DNA of 64,000 bases from Candidatus Eiseniibacteriota bacterium (GCA_963823555.1 CAWGMA010000001.1:1728001-1792000); one strand, 5' to 3'; shown: positions 1 through 13,549, counted from the stretch's first letter. Program-made: numbers and translations. The notes: generated by a model from the letters alone, not told the origin.

Positions 1-337
1 GGGTGTCCATCTCGGCCCGCGGTGTCTTGCGCATCCTGAGCCCGAACTCGAGGTTCCCGCGCACCGTGAGGTGCGGGTAGAGCGCGTAGCTCTGGAACAC
101 CATGGCGATGTCCCGATCCTTGGGCGGCAGATCGTTGACCTGCCGGCCACCGATCGAAATCGTCCCCGCGCTCACTTCCTCGAGGCCCGCGAGCATACGC
201 AGGGCGGTCGACTTGCCGCAGCCCGATGGCCCGACGAGTACCATGAACTCCCGGTCGTGGACGCGAAGATCGAGCCCCTCGATGACGGAGACCGTCCCGA
301 ACTGCTTGCTGACCCCCCTGAACTCGACCTCGGCCAT
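1..337 (-). CDS. Sugar ABC transporter ATP-binding protein (MalK/MsiK/UgpC family), runs off window start
   Basis: Manual translation: [14 protein letters not shown]...[24 protein letters not shown]...[22 protein letters not shown] (Walker A, Q-loop); GGAGGAG SD upstream. Not in the ORF track because it is truncated. Confidence 0.93.
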   Translation of the reverse strand, partial: MAEVEFRGVSKQFGTVSVIEGLDLRVHDREFMVLVGPSGCGKSTALRMLAGLEEVSAGTISIGGRQVNDLPPKDRDIAMVFQSYALYPHLTVRGNLEFGLRMRKTPRAEMDT

Positions 338-593
338 ACCCCGGTGCTCCTCCTGCCCTGGCTCCGTCCCGGCGCGGGAGACGTTGGCGATGCGCTTGAG
401 AGGCCCATCCTCATCCCGGGCCCCACCCGCGGTCAAGGCCTGGAAGCTCGCGTCCCGACCTGCCCGCCCCGGCGGCTCGTCCGATCCTCGCCTCACAAAG
501 GAGATTGCAGCCCGCGCCGGGCTTGATATGCTGCCCCTGCCCGGGCCCACGCTGGCAGGGGGCAGGGCGAATGGCACGGCCGGTCGAAACACG

Positions 594-1490
594 ATGAGCC
601 TCGTCAACCGCCTCATAGCCTCCACGATCCCCATCGTCCCCCGCCCCATCATTGGTCACTTTTCACGGCGTTACATTGCAGGTCCGAACCTCGATGATGC
701 CGTGCGCGTGGTCCGCGACCTCAACCGCTCCGGCGTCCTCGCCACCATGGACGTGCTCGGCGAGCACCTGACCCGGATCGAGGAAGCCGAGCCCGCCCTC
801 GCCGAGTATCTCCGTCTCATTGACCGCATTGCGAGCGAGAAGCTCGACTCCACCGTTTCGGTCAAGCTCACCGCGCTCGGACTCGAGAAGGATCCAGCGG
901 TCTGTCTCGATCACATGCGCCAGATCTGCGCTGCAGCCCGCGCTCACGACAACTTCGTGACCATCGACATGGAGGACTCGCGCGTCACCACGCCGACGCT
1001 CGACATCTACCGCCAGCTCCGGCGGGAGTTCTCTGCTGTCGGGGGTGTCATCCAGGCGTATCTGCGCCGCAGCATGGCGGATATCCAGGAGCTCGCGGCC
1101 GAGAACGCCCGCCTCCGCATCTGCAAGGGCATCTACATCGAGCCACGGGCGATCGCCTACAAGGAACGCGACATCATCCGCGCCAATTTCGTCGAGATCA
1201 TCGCCACCCTGATGCGTGCCGGGTGCTATGTCGAGATCGCAACCCACGACGAAACGGTCGTTTGGCATGCGCTACGGCTCATCAAGGAACTGCGCCTGCC
1301 GCGCGATGCGTATGAGTTCCAGATGCTCCTCGGGGTAGACGAGGAACTGCGCCGCATCCTGGTCGGAGCCGGCCACCGCCTGCGCGTCTATGTCCCCTAT
1401 GGCGCTCACTGGCATGCCTATTCGGTGCGCCGTCTCAAGGAGAATCCCGACATCGTCGGACACGTCCTCAAGAACATCCTGCGCGTGTAG
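594..1490 (+). CDS. Monofunctional proline dehydrogenase
   Basis: [65 protein letters not shown] motifs; start at ATG 594 (MSLVNRL). Confidence 0.93.
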   Translation: MSLVNRLIASTIPIVPRPIIGHFSRRYIAGPNLDDAVRVVRDLNRSGVLATMDVLGEHLTRIEEAEPALAEYLRLIDRIASEKLDSTVSVKLTALGLEKDPAVCLDHMRQICAAARAHDNFVTIDMEDSRVTTPTLDIYRQLRREFSAVGGVIQAYLRRSMADIQELAAENARLRICKGIYIEPRAIAYKERDIIRANFVEIIATLMRAGCYVEIATHDETVVWHALRLIKELRLPRDAYEFQMLLGVDEELRRILVGAGHRLRVYVPYGAHWHAYSVRRLKENPDIVGHVLKNILRV

Positions 1491-1528
1491 AACCCGGCGC
1501 CGCACGGCCTTGGTGGCAGGATCGAGCG

Positions 1529-2746
1529 CTAGTTGGGCGCCCATGGGCCGCTGGCCGTCCCCTCGCGATAGAAGACGTCGCCCTCGCCGAATCCGGCATT
1601 GCGCCACACGAGGTGGAGCTTTCCCACCGTCCCCGCGCCCAGGGACGGATTGAAGCAGGAGACCGGAAGATCGGTGGTGATGGCGGTTTCCTCGCTCAAA
1701 CGGCCGCCGCCGAGGCGTGCGTAGTAGATCTGGATGGACTGCTCTTCACCCTGGCTGTGCCGGCCATCCTCCCACAGAAGGTGGACGCCGCTATCGCTCG
1801 CCAGGAGGCTGGGAGACCGGGTGAACGAGGTGGCCAGCCCAATCGGGATGGGCGATGAGAACCTCTCGGCTCCGGCCGAGGCCACGTAAACCCGCTCGGA
1901 ATCGCCTCGTGACTCCTGCCACGCGATATGGACGCCTCCTCCTGGATCCACGGCGACCACGGGTCGCGTCTGCTTGCTATCCCCTTCCATTGGGCTGATT
2001 TCGAAGGGCTTCCTGATGTCGCCGGGAGCCAGGCTGCCGTAGAAGATACGTCGCGCACCGCCACGGCTGTCGGCCCAAGCCAGATGGAGTCGACTGTCGG
2101 GGCCGTAGGCGAGCGAAATCTGGTCCGAAGCCCTCTTGTCCTGGGGTGTTACCGGCTCGACGGGACCGAGCTTGCCGTCGGGAGCGCGCCGGCGGAGGCG
2201 GAGCTCGTAGTTCATCTCCTCCATCACGGTCCAGGCGATGGCGATCTCGCCCTTGGGGCCCGCTGCGATCGCGGGCTCCATGAGGAGCAGCGTGGGCTCG
2301 GATATCGCCTGCGACTCCAACAGCTTGGGCTCCAGAGGATCGATGAAGGCGAGGCGCACCTCGAAGCTCCCCGACCCCTGATCGACCCAGGCCACGGCCA
2401 CACGCCCGTCGGCGGTGGTCGCCAGCGCGGCATCCCCCGAGTACTTGCCATCACGCGGCGTCAGGAGGGCACTCTTGGACCAGCGCCCGTCCGGCTGCCT
2501 CACTCGAGCCATGAGCTCGGGCGTTCCCCCTTCGGTCGTGAACTCCGACCACACGACGATCACCCGCCCCTGCCCGTCCGCAGCCACGGCCTGGGGATTG
2601 ATCTCGTTCAGGAGTGAGGCCGCGGGACTGTCGGAGAGGTTCACCTCCGCCGTGAAGGTCGCGGCTGAAACCCGGCTCACCCAGAGACCGAGGAGCGTGA
2701 CGACCGCCATAACCGAGATAGCCCTTTGCAGATAGTCGCGTTCCAT
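1529..2746 (-). CDS. Secreted repeat protein, probable beta-propeller (BNR/sialidase-like blades)
   Basis: Signal-peptide-like N-terminus (VVTLLGLWVSRVSA-A); about 7 repeats of P-x-hydrophobic-A...G-x-(V/L)-(H/A)-(L/I/V)-x-W-x-(D/E)...I-(F/Y). Confidence 0.6.
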   Translation of the reverse strand: MERDYLQRAISVMAVVTLLGLWVSRVSAATFTAEVNLSDSPAASLLNEINPQAVAADGQGRVIVVWSEFTTEGGTPELMARVRQPDGRWSKSALLTPRDGKYSGDAALATTADGRVAVAWVDQGSGSFEVRLAFIDPLEPKLLESQAISEPTLLLMEPAIAAGPKGEIAIAWTVMEEMNYELRLRRRAPDGKLGPVEPVTPQDKRASDQISLAYGPDSRLHLAWADSRGGARRIFYGSLAPGDIRKPFEISPMEGDSKQTRPVVAVDPGGGVHIAWQESRGDSERVYVASAGAERFSSPIPIGLATSFTRSPSLLASDSGVHLLWEDGRHSQGEEQSIQIYYARLGGGRLSEETAITTDLPVSCFNPSLGAGTVGKLHLVWRNAGFGEGDVFYREGTASGPWAPN

Positions 2747-2803
2747 GCGCCACAGTGTAACCGATTCCGGGCTGTGTCGTGCAACTCCCGCCAATTCCGG
2801 CAT

Positions 2804-2832
2804 TTGACTCGCACGGGCGCGCACCCTACGAT
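2804..2832 (+). promoter_or_regulatory. Sigma-70-type promoter of the RlmI-like gene
   Basis: TTGACT-N17-TACGAT, ending 9 nt before ATG 2842. Confidence 0.65.
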
Positions 2833-2841
2833 CCGTTTGCC

Positions 2842-4053
2842 ATGACTCACCCTGGAGAGAGCGCGAGCGCACCAGCGGCTACCAAATCACCTCGTCGCAA
2901 CGAGGTGGTCGTCAACGTCATCGGATCCGAGCGTCTGCTCTCGGGTCACCTGTGGGTATTCCGCCCGCAGATCCTCCGTGGCGAACCTGAGGATGGAGCG
3001 GTGGTGCGCGTTACCGATCAGCGCGGCCGCTTCCTCGGGATGGCCTTCCACTCCGCGCAGTCCGCCATCGCCCTCCGCCTCCTCTCGCGCGAGGAGTGCG
3101 CCATCGATGGCGACTTCCTCCGGAAGCTGCTGCGCACGGCGCGGGCGAGGCGAGAGTTCCACCTCCCGGGAGTCACGGCGTATCGCCTCGTCCATGGCGA
3201 GGCCGACGGGCTGCCGGGAACCATCGTCGATGTCTACGGCAGGCACCTCGTGCTCCAGACGCTCACCGCAGGCAGCGAGCACCTCCTGGGGCCGCTCGAA
3301 GAAGCGCTCGCCGAGGTCATGGCTCCGGACTCGATTCTCCTCCGCAATGACCCGGCGGTGCGCCGGCTCGAGGGACTGCCCCGGGAGGTGCGCCAGCTCC
3401 GGGGCACCACCCCACAACGCCTGCACCTCCGCGAGGGATCGATCCATCTCACCGCCGATTGCTGGCACGGGCAGAAGACCGGGCTCTTCCTCGACCAGCG
3501 GGAGAACCGGATCGCCGTCGAGGCCCTCGGCGGCCGCCAGGTCCTCGATTGCTTCAGCTACGAGGGCGCATTTGCGCTCCACGCCGCCACTTTCGCCGAG
3601 CAGGTGACGGCGGTCGATGTCTCGCGCGACGCCCTCTTGCAGGTGGAAGCCCACGCGGAGATGAACGGGCTCGCCAATATCCGCGCGGTCGAGGGCAACG
3701 CCTTCGATGTGCTGCGCTCGTACGCGGTCGGAGGCCAGCGCTTCGATCTCGTGATCCTCGACCCGCCCGCGTTCGCCAAGAACAAGGCCGCGCTCGATGG
3801 CGCCCTGCGTGGCTACAAGGAGATCAATCTCCGCGCCTTGAAGCTCCTCATGCCCGGGGGCCGCCTTGTCACCTCGAGCTGCTCCTATCACATGAACGAG
3901 CAACGCTTCGAGGCCATGCTCCGCGACGCGGCGGCGGATGCGCGGCGGACGGTCAGGGTCCTCGCCCGGCGGGGCCAGGCCGCAGACCACCCGGTGCTCC
4001 TCGGGGTGCCGGAGACCTCCTACCTCAAGTCCTGGGTGCTCGAGGCGGAGTGA
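2842..4053 (+). CDS. Class I SAM-dependent rRNA methyltransferase, RlmI/YwbD family (PUA + MTase)
   Basis: GHLWVF, RLVHGEADGLPG, GQKTGLFLDQRENR, VLDCFSYEGAF, LVILDPPAF, LVTSSCS, PETSYLK motifs. Confidence 0.92.
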   Translation: MTHPGESASAPAATKSPRRNEVVVNVIGSERLLSGHLWVFRPQILRGEPEDGAVVRVTDQRGRFLGMAFHSAQSAIALRLLSREECAIDGDFLRKLLRTARARREFHLPGVTAYRLVHGEADGLPGTIVDVYGRHLVLQTLTAGSEHLLGPLEEALAEVMAPDSILLRNDPAVRRLEGLPREVRQLRGTTPQRLHLREGSIHLTADCWHGQKTGLFLDQRENRIAVEALGGRQVLDCFSYEGAFALHAATFAEQVTAVDVSRDALLQVEAHAEMNGLANIRAVEGNAFDVLRSYAVGGQRFDLVILDPPAFAKNKAALDGALRGYKEINLRALKLLMPGGRLVTSSCSYHMNEQRFEAMLRDAAADARRTVRVLARRGQAADHPVLLGVPETSYLKSWVLEAE

Positions 4054-4059
4054 TCCTCG

Positions 4060-7000
4060 CTAGCGAAGACGACCGCGCTCGGCCGGCATGCAGTCGGGAC
4101 GCCGGCAGTAGATGGCGGCGCGGGCTTTGGCCTCTTCGCTGATCAGGATGGAGGCCCGGGCGCGGGCCACCCGGTGGGGATCCTGCAGGTCTCGCGGAAC
4201 GGGCACCATGACCGACTCCTGGGCCATGAGACCGGCGCTGAGCGCCGCCCCTTCCGTGCCCTCGAAGTAGACTTCCCCTTCGATCCGGGCCAGCGCCACC
4301 TCGACATGCGACGCAGCGACGATGTTGGCCGCCACCGCCGGGAGCAGCGCCCTGAGAACGTCCGCTGCCCGCGGATCTCCCCCAGCGCCCATTGCATCGA
4401 TCGCGAGGAGGCGCCGGGACGGATCCTCTTCGGCCCAGATCAACGCCGCGAGGTCCGCCGTCGCCTGGGGGCCGGCGCGGCCGAGCGCGTGGCCGGCGGC
4501 CAGGCGAACCCCTGGACTTGGGTCTTTCATCGCCTCGACGAGCGCCGGCACGGCCGCCTCGAGGCGGGCTGATGCCTCTGCATCCGCACGCCCAAGCTCG
4601 AGCCGCTCGCCCAAGGCGTAGGCCGCCGCTTGCCGCGTCGAGGCGTCCGCGTCCGAGAGGCCCGCGATGAGGACGTGCACCGAGGCTCGGCCACCGCCCC
4701 GCCCGAGCGCTACCAGGGAACCTGCGCGCACGCGCCAGCTCGCGTGCTTCGCCCCACTCATGAGCTCCTTCTCGACCCCCTCCGCCTCGATCCGCTCGAG
4801 ACACCAGGCCGCACCTCGCGCCGCGCGCTCGTCGGCGCCGAGGAGCACCCGCGCGAACTCCTTCTCCACCATGTCCGGGCCGAGGAGGAGCGCGAGGTCC
4901 TTGATCGTGTGACGTTCCCGCGCCACATCCGTGCCCAGACGGTCCGCGAGCTCGCGCGCGCTCGTCTTGCCACGGCGAACGATCTCGGTCCGCGCCTGAT
5001 CGCGCTCGACCGTGAAGCGCGGCTCTCCGGTCGCGGCCCGGTGGAAGAGCCGCTCGAACGACATCGTCCGGAAGCTATCGGGCACGCTCTCCGCCGGAGC
5101 CATGGCCGGGTGCCCCTCGAGCGGCTCGCGGGTGGGAGGTGAAGCACTGACGGCCGGACCGAGCTCTGGCGGCGCGCCACCCAAGGGCCACGGTTCCTGC
5201 GCCAGCTCGGCGATGACCGCGATCCAGTCGCGTTCGCCATCGATGCCGATCCCATGCTCCCCCTCCTGCCACAACCGCCCATCGCCCGCGCCATCCCCGA
5301 GGTAGTCATCCGCGCCTCCGGCATCGATGAGAAGACCGATGCTGCCCCGATGCCGCCGCAGGTTCCCGTATCCCTGACTCGTGGTCGCGTTGCGCACGGT
5401 GTAGACATCATCCCCGGCCCGATCGATGAGCAGCCCCGCGCCATTGGCGTTCCCCGCACCCTGGGACAGGTCGCTGGCGTCATAGCGATCGTTGCCGGCG
5501 CCATCGATGAGCGCGCCCAGCGCCAGATCGTGCCCGCAGCCTTGCGAGACGCCCTTAGTGCGATACAGATCGTCTCCCTCCTCATCGACCAGCGCAGCGA
5601 CGGCAACGTGCACGCCTGAGCCCTGCGTGTAGTTGAACCCGTCGTAGTGATCGTTGCCCCCGCGATCGACGATACCCCCGAGCGCGCACCAGTAGGCGCT
5701 GCCCTGGGCGAACACCTCGGCCATGTAGCGATCGTGGCCGCCGCCGTCGACGAGCAGCCCTATTCCACCCGACGCATGCGGTCTCAGGCCGTAGCCGAAG
5801 CCCTGGGCCATGCTGAGCGTCGTCGTCGCGTCGCGAAGCAGGTCGGAGAATCTCGGCTGACAGAGGTAGATATCCTCGCCGGCTCGATCCTCGAGGAACC
5901 CCACACCCCAGACGAACCCGAAGCCCTGGGTGAAGGCGCTCCCCTGATAGAGATCGCGGCCTTCCTGGTCGCGAAGAACACCCATCCCGAACGCTCCGGC
6001 CCCACAGGTGAACGTCCCGCCGAGATAGCGATCCTCCCCACCACGATCATCGAGGAGCCCGAGCCCGCAGAAGCCCGCGCCCAGAGCACAGTCGCCGGCG
6101 GCATAGAGATCGTTCCCCGCGAGATCGATCAGGATGCCCGCGCCGAGCATGCCGGCGGCGAGCATGAACGGCGCATCACCGCGGTAGGCGTCGTTCCCCG
6201 CCACATCGATGGCCACGGCGGCGACCCCGGGCGTGCCGCCATTCCCGCCGGCGCCGGCCTCATAGACGTCATCCCCGCCCAGATCGAGGATCAGCCCGCA
6301 AGGTTCCGCGTAGCGGGTGGGGCCCGGTCCACCGAGCACGGCCGGCCGCCCATCCGCCAGGCGGTACACTCCCAGCACGTCCCCCATGGCCGGCGGCGGC
6401 CCATCCCAGGGCGGGAGCGCGATATCGCCCCGGCCCAGGCCGCGCGGCGCCGCCGAGGCAACCGACCATGCGGCAAGTGCCAGATCTTCAGCGGCCTGGA
6501 GCAAGCGTCTGCGGTCGATCTTCGCGGCGGCTGCGAGTACGCGCTCCCCGGCGGCCTCGCCCTCCGCCTCGGCGACCGCCACCTCATCGATCGTGCGCGC
6601 CGCCTCATCCTCGTCGAAACGAAGCAGTTCGGGGCCATCCGCGCGGAGCGTCGAGAGCTCCTCGGGCGTGAGACCGGCGAAGGCCGCCCGCCACAGATTG
6701 CGTACGGATCCCTCATCGATGCGATCGGCGAGGTCCGTGAATGCCGCGGCCAGATCATCGTAGTGAGGCCCCACGAAGCCAGGCCGCAGGCCCCCGGCGG
6801 GCAAGACCTCGCCCCGAAGCGCCTCTGCCGCGGCACGAACGGGGTCGGCCGACAGCTTCCGCGCCAGGCTGTCGACAGCTGCCGGAGTGTGGCGTGGATT
6901 CACGAGAAGGTCATCGATCAGCCGCAGCCGGAACTCATCGCGATCCTCGTAGTCGGTGCGAAAGCCGATGTCGGCCGGATCCAGGCCAGCGATGGCAAGC

Positions 7001-7143
7001 ACGCCGGCGAGAAGCGAATCGGTCTCCGCGCCGCCGGGTGAAGCAGCACCGCAAACAGGGACTTCACTCGCAAGCAAAACAAGAACAAGGAAACCCGCGA
7101 GCCTCATTGCAATCGCAGTCGGCATTCGCTCTCGTCCTGCCAT
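4060..7143 (-). CDS. Large secreted protein with about 12 DxxGxDxY repeats and C-terminal HEAT-like repeats
   Basis: Signal-like N-terminus; repeats such as GLILDLGGDDVY, GILIDLAGNDLY, GLLIDRAGDDVY; HEAT-type WRVRAGSLVALG, TRQAAAYALG, VRLAAGHALG. Confidence 0.75.
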   Translation of the reverse strand: MAGRERMPTAIAMRLAGFLVLVLLASEVPVCGAASPGGAETDSLLAGVLAIAGLDPADIGFRTDYEDRDEFRLRLIDDLLVNPRHTPAAVDSLARKLSADPVRAAAEALRGEVLPAGGLRPGFVGPHYDDLAAAFTDLADRIDEGSVRNLWRAAFAGLTPEELSTLRADGPELLRFDEDEAARTIDEVAVAEAEGEAAGERVLAAAAKIDRRRLLQAAEDLALAAWSVASAAPRGLGRGDIALPPWDGPPPAMGDVLGVYRLADGRPAVLGGPGPTRYAEPCGLILDLGGDDVYEAGAGGNGGTPGVAAVAIDVAGNDAYRGDAPFMLAAGMLGAGILIDLAGNDLYAAGDCALGAGFCGLGLLDDRGGEDRYLGGTFTCGAGAFGMGVLRDQEGRDLYQGSAFTQGFGFVWGVGFLEDRAGEDIYLCQPRFSDLLRDATTTLSMAQGFGYGLRPHASGGIGLLVDGGGHDRYMAEVFAQGSAYWCALGGIVDRGGNDHYDGFNYTQGSGVHVAVAALVDEEGDDLYRTKGVSQGCGHDLALGALIDGAGNDRYDASDLSQGAGNANGAGLLIDRAGDDVYTVRNATTSQGYGNLRRHRGSIGLLIDAGGADDYLGDGAGDGRLWQEGEHGIGIDGERDWIAVIAELAQEPWPLGGAPPELGPAVSASPPTREPLEGHPAMAPAESVPDSFRTMSFERLFHRAATGEPRFTVERDQARTEIVRRGKTSARELADRLGTDVARERHTIKDLALLLGPDMVEKEFARVLLGADERAARGAAWCLERIEAEGVEKELMSGAKHASWRVRAGSLVALGRGGGRASVHVLIAGLSDADASTRQAAAYALGERLELGRADAEASARLEAAVPALVEAMKDPSPGVRLAAGHALGRAGPQATADLAALIWAEEDPSRRLLAIDAMGAGGDPRAADVLRALLPAVAANIVAASHVEVALARIEGEVYFEGTEGAALSAGLMAQESVMVPVPRDLQDPHRVARARASILISEEAKARAAIYCRRPDCMPAERGRLR

Positions 7144-7230
7144 GCCATCTATCCTCGTTACGCCGCTTCATGCGAGTGGTCGACCACCTGGCGGGAACCC
7201 CGTGGTACAAGAGGCCCCGTCCCCCAGGCG

Positions 7231-8757
7231 TCACAGGCCCCGCGCGTCCTTGAAGGTACCGCCCAGCCAGCGCACGATCCGGGGCACGAGCTCATCGACT
7301 TCCTCGAGCAGCGCCGTGCCATGGCTCTGTCCGGGGTACACGAGCACTTCGGAGCGTGTCCGGTCGAGACCGGCCAGCATGATCTCGGCTCCCGCCATCG
7401 CAGTCGGGTCCTCGGCGCTGGCGATGAGCAACGTCGGCCGATGGCGATCGAGGGTGACCGCCTCGGTGAACGGCTCGGCAGGACCGGGGCTCAGGAGGAC
7501 GAGGGCCTTGACGGCGTCCTCGTCCAGCGCCCCCAGCGCGCCCACCATGCCGCCCAGGCTGGCGCCGACGACGGCAACAGATTGTCCCCGGCTCGCTGGA
7601 TGCTCGCCCAGGTGGCGGATGGCCGCCGTCACGTCGAGGATGGCGCCATGGATGAAAGCGGGGATGTTCTCCACGAAGGCTCCGGGTCCATAGACCTCGG
7701 CCGTGATCGAAGCCCCGTGACCGCGCGGATCGAGGGTGAGGGCATTCATCCCCGATTCGACGAGCGCCCGGGCCAGCGGATCGAAGTCCTTGCGCTCGCC
7801 GCCGAACATGGGGAGGAGGACGACACTGGGGGCCTTCGCCTTGCTGCGGGTCGGATACCAGGTCGCCACGAGGGGAAAACCGTCCATCGAGTCGAAGCGG
7901 ATCACGGAGCCCCCGGCCGCCTCGATCGCCTCGACCTCGGCAATCTCCCGGGCGAGCACCTGTCGTTCCACCTCGAGCTCGACCGGGAGCGGCTTGCCTT
8001 CAGGAGTCGTCCGATACAGGCGGCGGAGACGGGCTCGCAAGTCGGGGTCCATTCCGCGGGCAGCCACCAGGTCCTCGACGAGGATCGCGGCGGCATCATC
8101 GCGCCTCCCGATCTCGTCGTAGACCTCGACCAGATGGTCCCGGATCTCCGGCGTGCCCGGAGCGAGGTGATTCGCCGCCTCGAGGGTCACGACCGCTGAA
8201 TCCATCCGCCCTTGCTGGAAGAAGACCCAGCCCAGCGAATCGCGGTAATAGCCGATGACGTGCCCGGGCGTGTCGCTGGGTGCTGTAGCGAGGGCACGCC
8301 TGATGAGCTCCTCGGCACGCGGGAGCTCACGATTTTCCTCGGCATAGACGTAGCCGAGGGTGTTGAGGAGATCGGCATCATCAGGGCGGCCCTCGACTGC
8401 CAGCTCGAGGTAGTGAATCGCCTCATCGGTCCGTCCCAGCGTGACGCAGATGCGCCCCAGCGCGTCGGCCGCCTCGTGGACCCATGGTTCCCCATCTTCC
8501 TCGTGACCGAGGAGAATCTGCTCGAGGGCGTAGGCCTTGAACTCGGGCGGAAGACTCGGATCGGCGAGCAGCGAATCGATGGCCGCGGCGCGATCGACGG
8601 GCGAGATGGATGGCTCCACTTCCCTTGGCCCGTCCTCGGCATGCGCCGGAAGCGCGACCTGCCCCAGGCCGATGCCAAGGGCCAGAGAGAAAGTGAGCAG
8701 CCATGCGCCAACAACTAGCCGCCTGAGCACTGGCTCACTCCCGGGGGTAGCACTCAC
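7231..8757 (-). CDS. Exported TPR + alpha/beta-hydrolase fusion protein
   Basis: N-terminal hydrophobic segment; TPRs (LNTLGYVYAE, DSLGWVFFQQG); hydrolase motifs LDPRGHGAS, GASLGG, EDP, SHGT (Ser-Asp-His). Confidence 0.8.
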   Translation of the reverse strand: MSATPGSEPVLRRLVVGAWLLTFSLALGIGLGQVALPAHAEDGPREVEPSISPVDRAAAIDSLLADPSLPPEFKAYALEQILLGHEEDGEPWVHEAADALGRICVTLGRTDEAIHYLELAVEGRPDDADLLNTLGYVYAEENRELPRAEELIRRALATAPSDTPGHVIGYYRDSLGWVFFQQGRMDSAVVTLEAANHLAPGTPEIRDHLVEVYDEIGRRDDAAAILVEDLVAARGMDPDLRARLRRLYRTTPEGKPLPVELEVERQVLAREIAEVEAIEAAGGSVIRFDSMDGFPLVATWYPTRSKAKAPSVVLLPMFGGERKDFDPLARALVESGMNALTLDPRGHGASITAEVYGPGAFVENIPAFIHGAILDVTAAIRHLGEHPASRGQSVAVVGASLGGMVGALGALDEDAVKALVLLSPGPAEPFTEAVTLDRHRPTLLIASAEDPTAMAGAEIMLAGLDRTRSEVLVYPGQSHGTALLEEVDELVPRIVRWLGGTFKDARGL

Positions 8758-8763
8758 CTTGGA

Positions 8764-9945
8764 TCAGTCGAGAGAGCGGGCGAGAAGGACCTCGACGCGC
8801 TCGCCCGCCACCTCGACAACGCGGGCGATCACCTCGCCCAGTTTGTTATCGGGAGTCGAGGCCCCGGCCGTGAAGCCGATCACGACCTCCCCGGACGGCA
8901 GCCAACCCTCGGTGGTCACTCGCTCCGGGCGATTCAGCCGCTGGTGATGGATGGCCGCAGGGCCGATCTCGGAGGCCTCCTCGATGTGGAACGTGGGCAC
9001 GCGCGTCGCCGCCACTCGAGCCAGGTTGTGCGTGTTCGAGCTCTCGTAGCCCCCGACAACGATCATCAGATCGAGATCCGGGGAGCCGAGGAGCTCGAGC
9101 ACCGCATCCTGATTCTCCTGCGTCGCGCTGCATATGGTGTCGAAGTCGCGAAAGTGATCTCTCAACTGCGGTGTTCCAACGCGCGCCGCCATGGCCTCGG
9201 CAATGCGGTGGGCGATCTCGCGAGATTCGCTCGCCAGCATGGTCGTCTGATTGATGAGGCCGATGCGCTGGAGCTGTCGCCCGGGATCGAATCCCGGAGA
9301 GGTGGCCCTGGCGAAGCGCTTGAGAAACTCGGCCCTCGAGAGCTCCCCCCGCACGGCCGAGCAGAGGAGATCAGCCTCCTCGAGATCGAGGATGACCACG
9401 TAGTGTCCGCCACGGCTCCGGATGAGGGAGCAGGTCGCGCGGGTCTCGTCATGTCCCACCTTGCCATGAATGACAAGGCTGAACCCCTCCTCGACAAGCC
9501 GCTCGGTCCGCCGATGAGGCCGTTCCACCCAGGGGCAGGTGGTGTCGAGAACCGTGCAGCCGATGGCCAGGAGGCGTTCGGTATCCTCGACCTCGGCGGA
9601 GAACGCCGGGATCACCACGAGATCATCCGGGCTCACCCGGGTGAAGGGGTCCTCTCCTCCGATCGCCCCCCCACCCTTCAGGAACTGTACCCCGCGGGCG
9701 GCAAGGTCACGGTTGACCGATGGATTGTGGATGATGGGGCTCAAGAGCCAGATGCGCCGATCCGGATGGGCGGCGATCGCCTCGTGAATCATGGTGACGG
9801 CCTTGTCGACGCCCCAGCAGAAGCCGAAGTTCCGAGCACACCGCAAGATGAGCCGCCCGACGCGCAGCTCATACCCCGACTCGCGCAAGCGATCGATGAT
9901 CGGGCTGCGATAGGAGGCTCGGGCTACGGGAAGGACCTGGACCAT
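8764..9945 (-). CDS. ispH: 4-hydroxy-3-methylbut-2-enyl diphosphate reductase (long type)
   Basis: FGFCWGV, IIHNP, DTTCPWV, HGKVGHDET, NQTT, DTICSATQENQ, GGYESSNT, TAGASTP. Confidence 0.96.
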   Translation of the reverse strand: MVQVLPVARASYRSPIIDRLRESGYELRVGRLILRCARNFGFCWGVDKAVTMIHEAIAAHPDRRIWLLSPIIHNPSVNRDLAARGVQFLKGGGAIGGEDPFTRVSPDDLVVIPAFSAEVEDTERLLAIGCTVLDTTCPWVERPHRRTERLVEEGFSLVIHGKVGHDETRATCSLIRSRGGHYVVILDLEEADLLCSAVRGELSRAEFLKRFARATSPGFDPGRQLQRIGLINQTTMLASESREIAHRIAEAMAARVGTPQLRDHFRDFDTICSATQENQDAVLELLGSPDLDLMIVVGGYESSNTHNLARVAATRVPTFHIEEASEIGPAAIHHQRLNRPERVTTEGWLPSGEVVIGFTAGASTPDNKLGEVIARVVEVAGERVEVLLARSLD

Positions 9946-10006
9946 GCTCCTAACCTAGCACGCCGCCTCGCAGGAGGCGAGTCGGAGCACTTCCCCTGCT
10001 GCACCC

Positions 10007-10048
10007 AAAGGAAAAGGGCCGACACCATTCGCATGGTGCCGGCCCCTT
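10007..10048 (-). terminator. Rho-independent terminator of the rRNA operon
   Basis: Minus strand: GGCCGGCACCAT-GCGA-ATGGTGTCGGCC hairpin followed by CTTTTCCTTT, just downstream of 5S. Confidence 0.85.
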
Positions 10049-10058
10049 CGCAATTAAA

Positions 10059-10175
10059 TCCGGCGACGTCCTACTCTCCCACACAGTCTCCCATGCAGTA
10101 CCATCGGCGCTGGAGGGCTTAACTGCCGTGTTCGGAATGGGAACGGGTGTTTCCCCTCCGCTATTGCCACCGGAA
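10059..10175 (-). rRNA. rrf: 5S rRNA (ends approximate)
   Basis: Minus strand CCGGTGGCAATAGCGGAGGGGAAACACCCGTTCCCATTCCGAACACGGCAGTTAAG...GGGAGAGTAGGACGTCGCCGG. Confidence 0.97.
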
Positions 10176-10270
10176 ACTTAGCGTGCAGCCTGTGCCTTCG
10201 GCACGACTGCCAAGATTCGACAACTGCATACCGGGATGGACGGTATCGCGTGACCGTGAACATTTAAGTT

Positions 10271-13324
<3,054 letters not shown>

Positions 13325-13399
13325 GAACAAAATGTGCTCGATCGCTCGACATGTTCCTCGCTATGAAAGCACAGCGAAGATCCGTCATCCCGGTATTCA

Positions 13400-13412
13400 G
13401 TTGTCAAAGATC
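13400..13412 (-). promoter_or_regulatory. Spacer boxA antitermination element
   Basis: GATCTTTGACAAC before 23S; matches the leader copy and the boxA consensus. Confidence 0.75.
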
Positions 13413-13549
13413 GAGCTCGATCCGCAGCTCGAGCGCCGCAGCTCGCGAGCGAGGCCGTGCATGCCCGGTCGCAGACTCGGTCGACAAGATCGGTCTCGTG
13501 CCGTCCGCCGGAGCGTGGCGCGGAACTCGTCCAGACTCTCGTCACCGAC

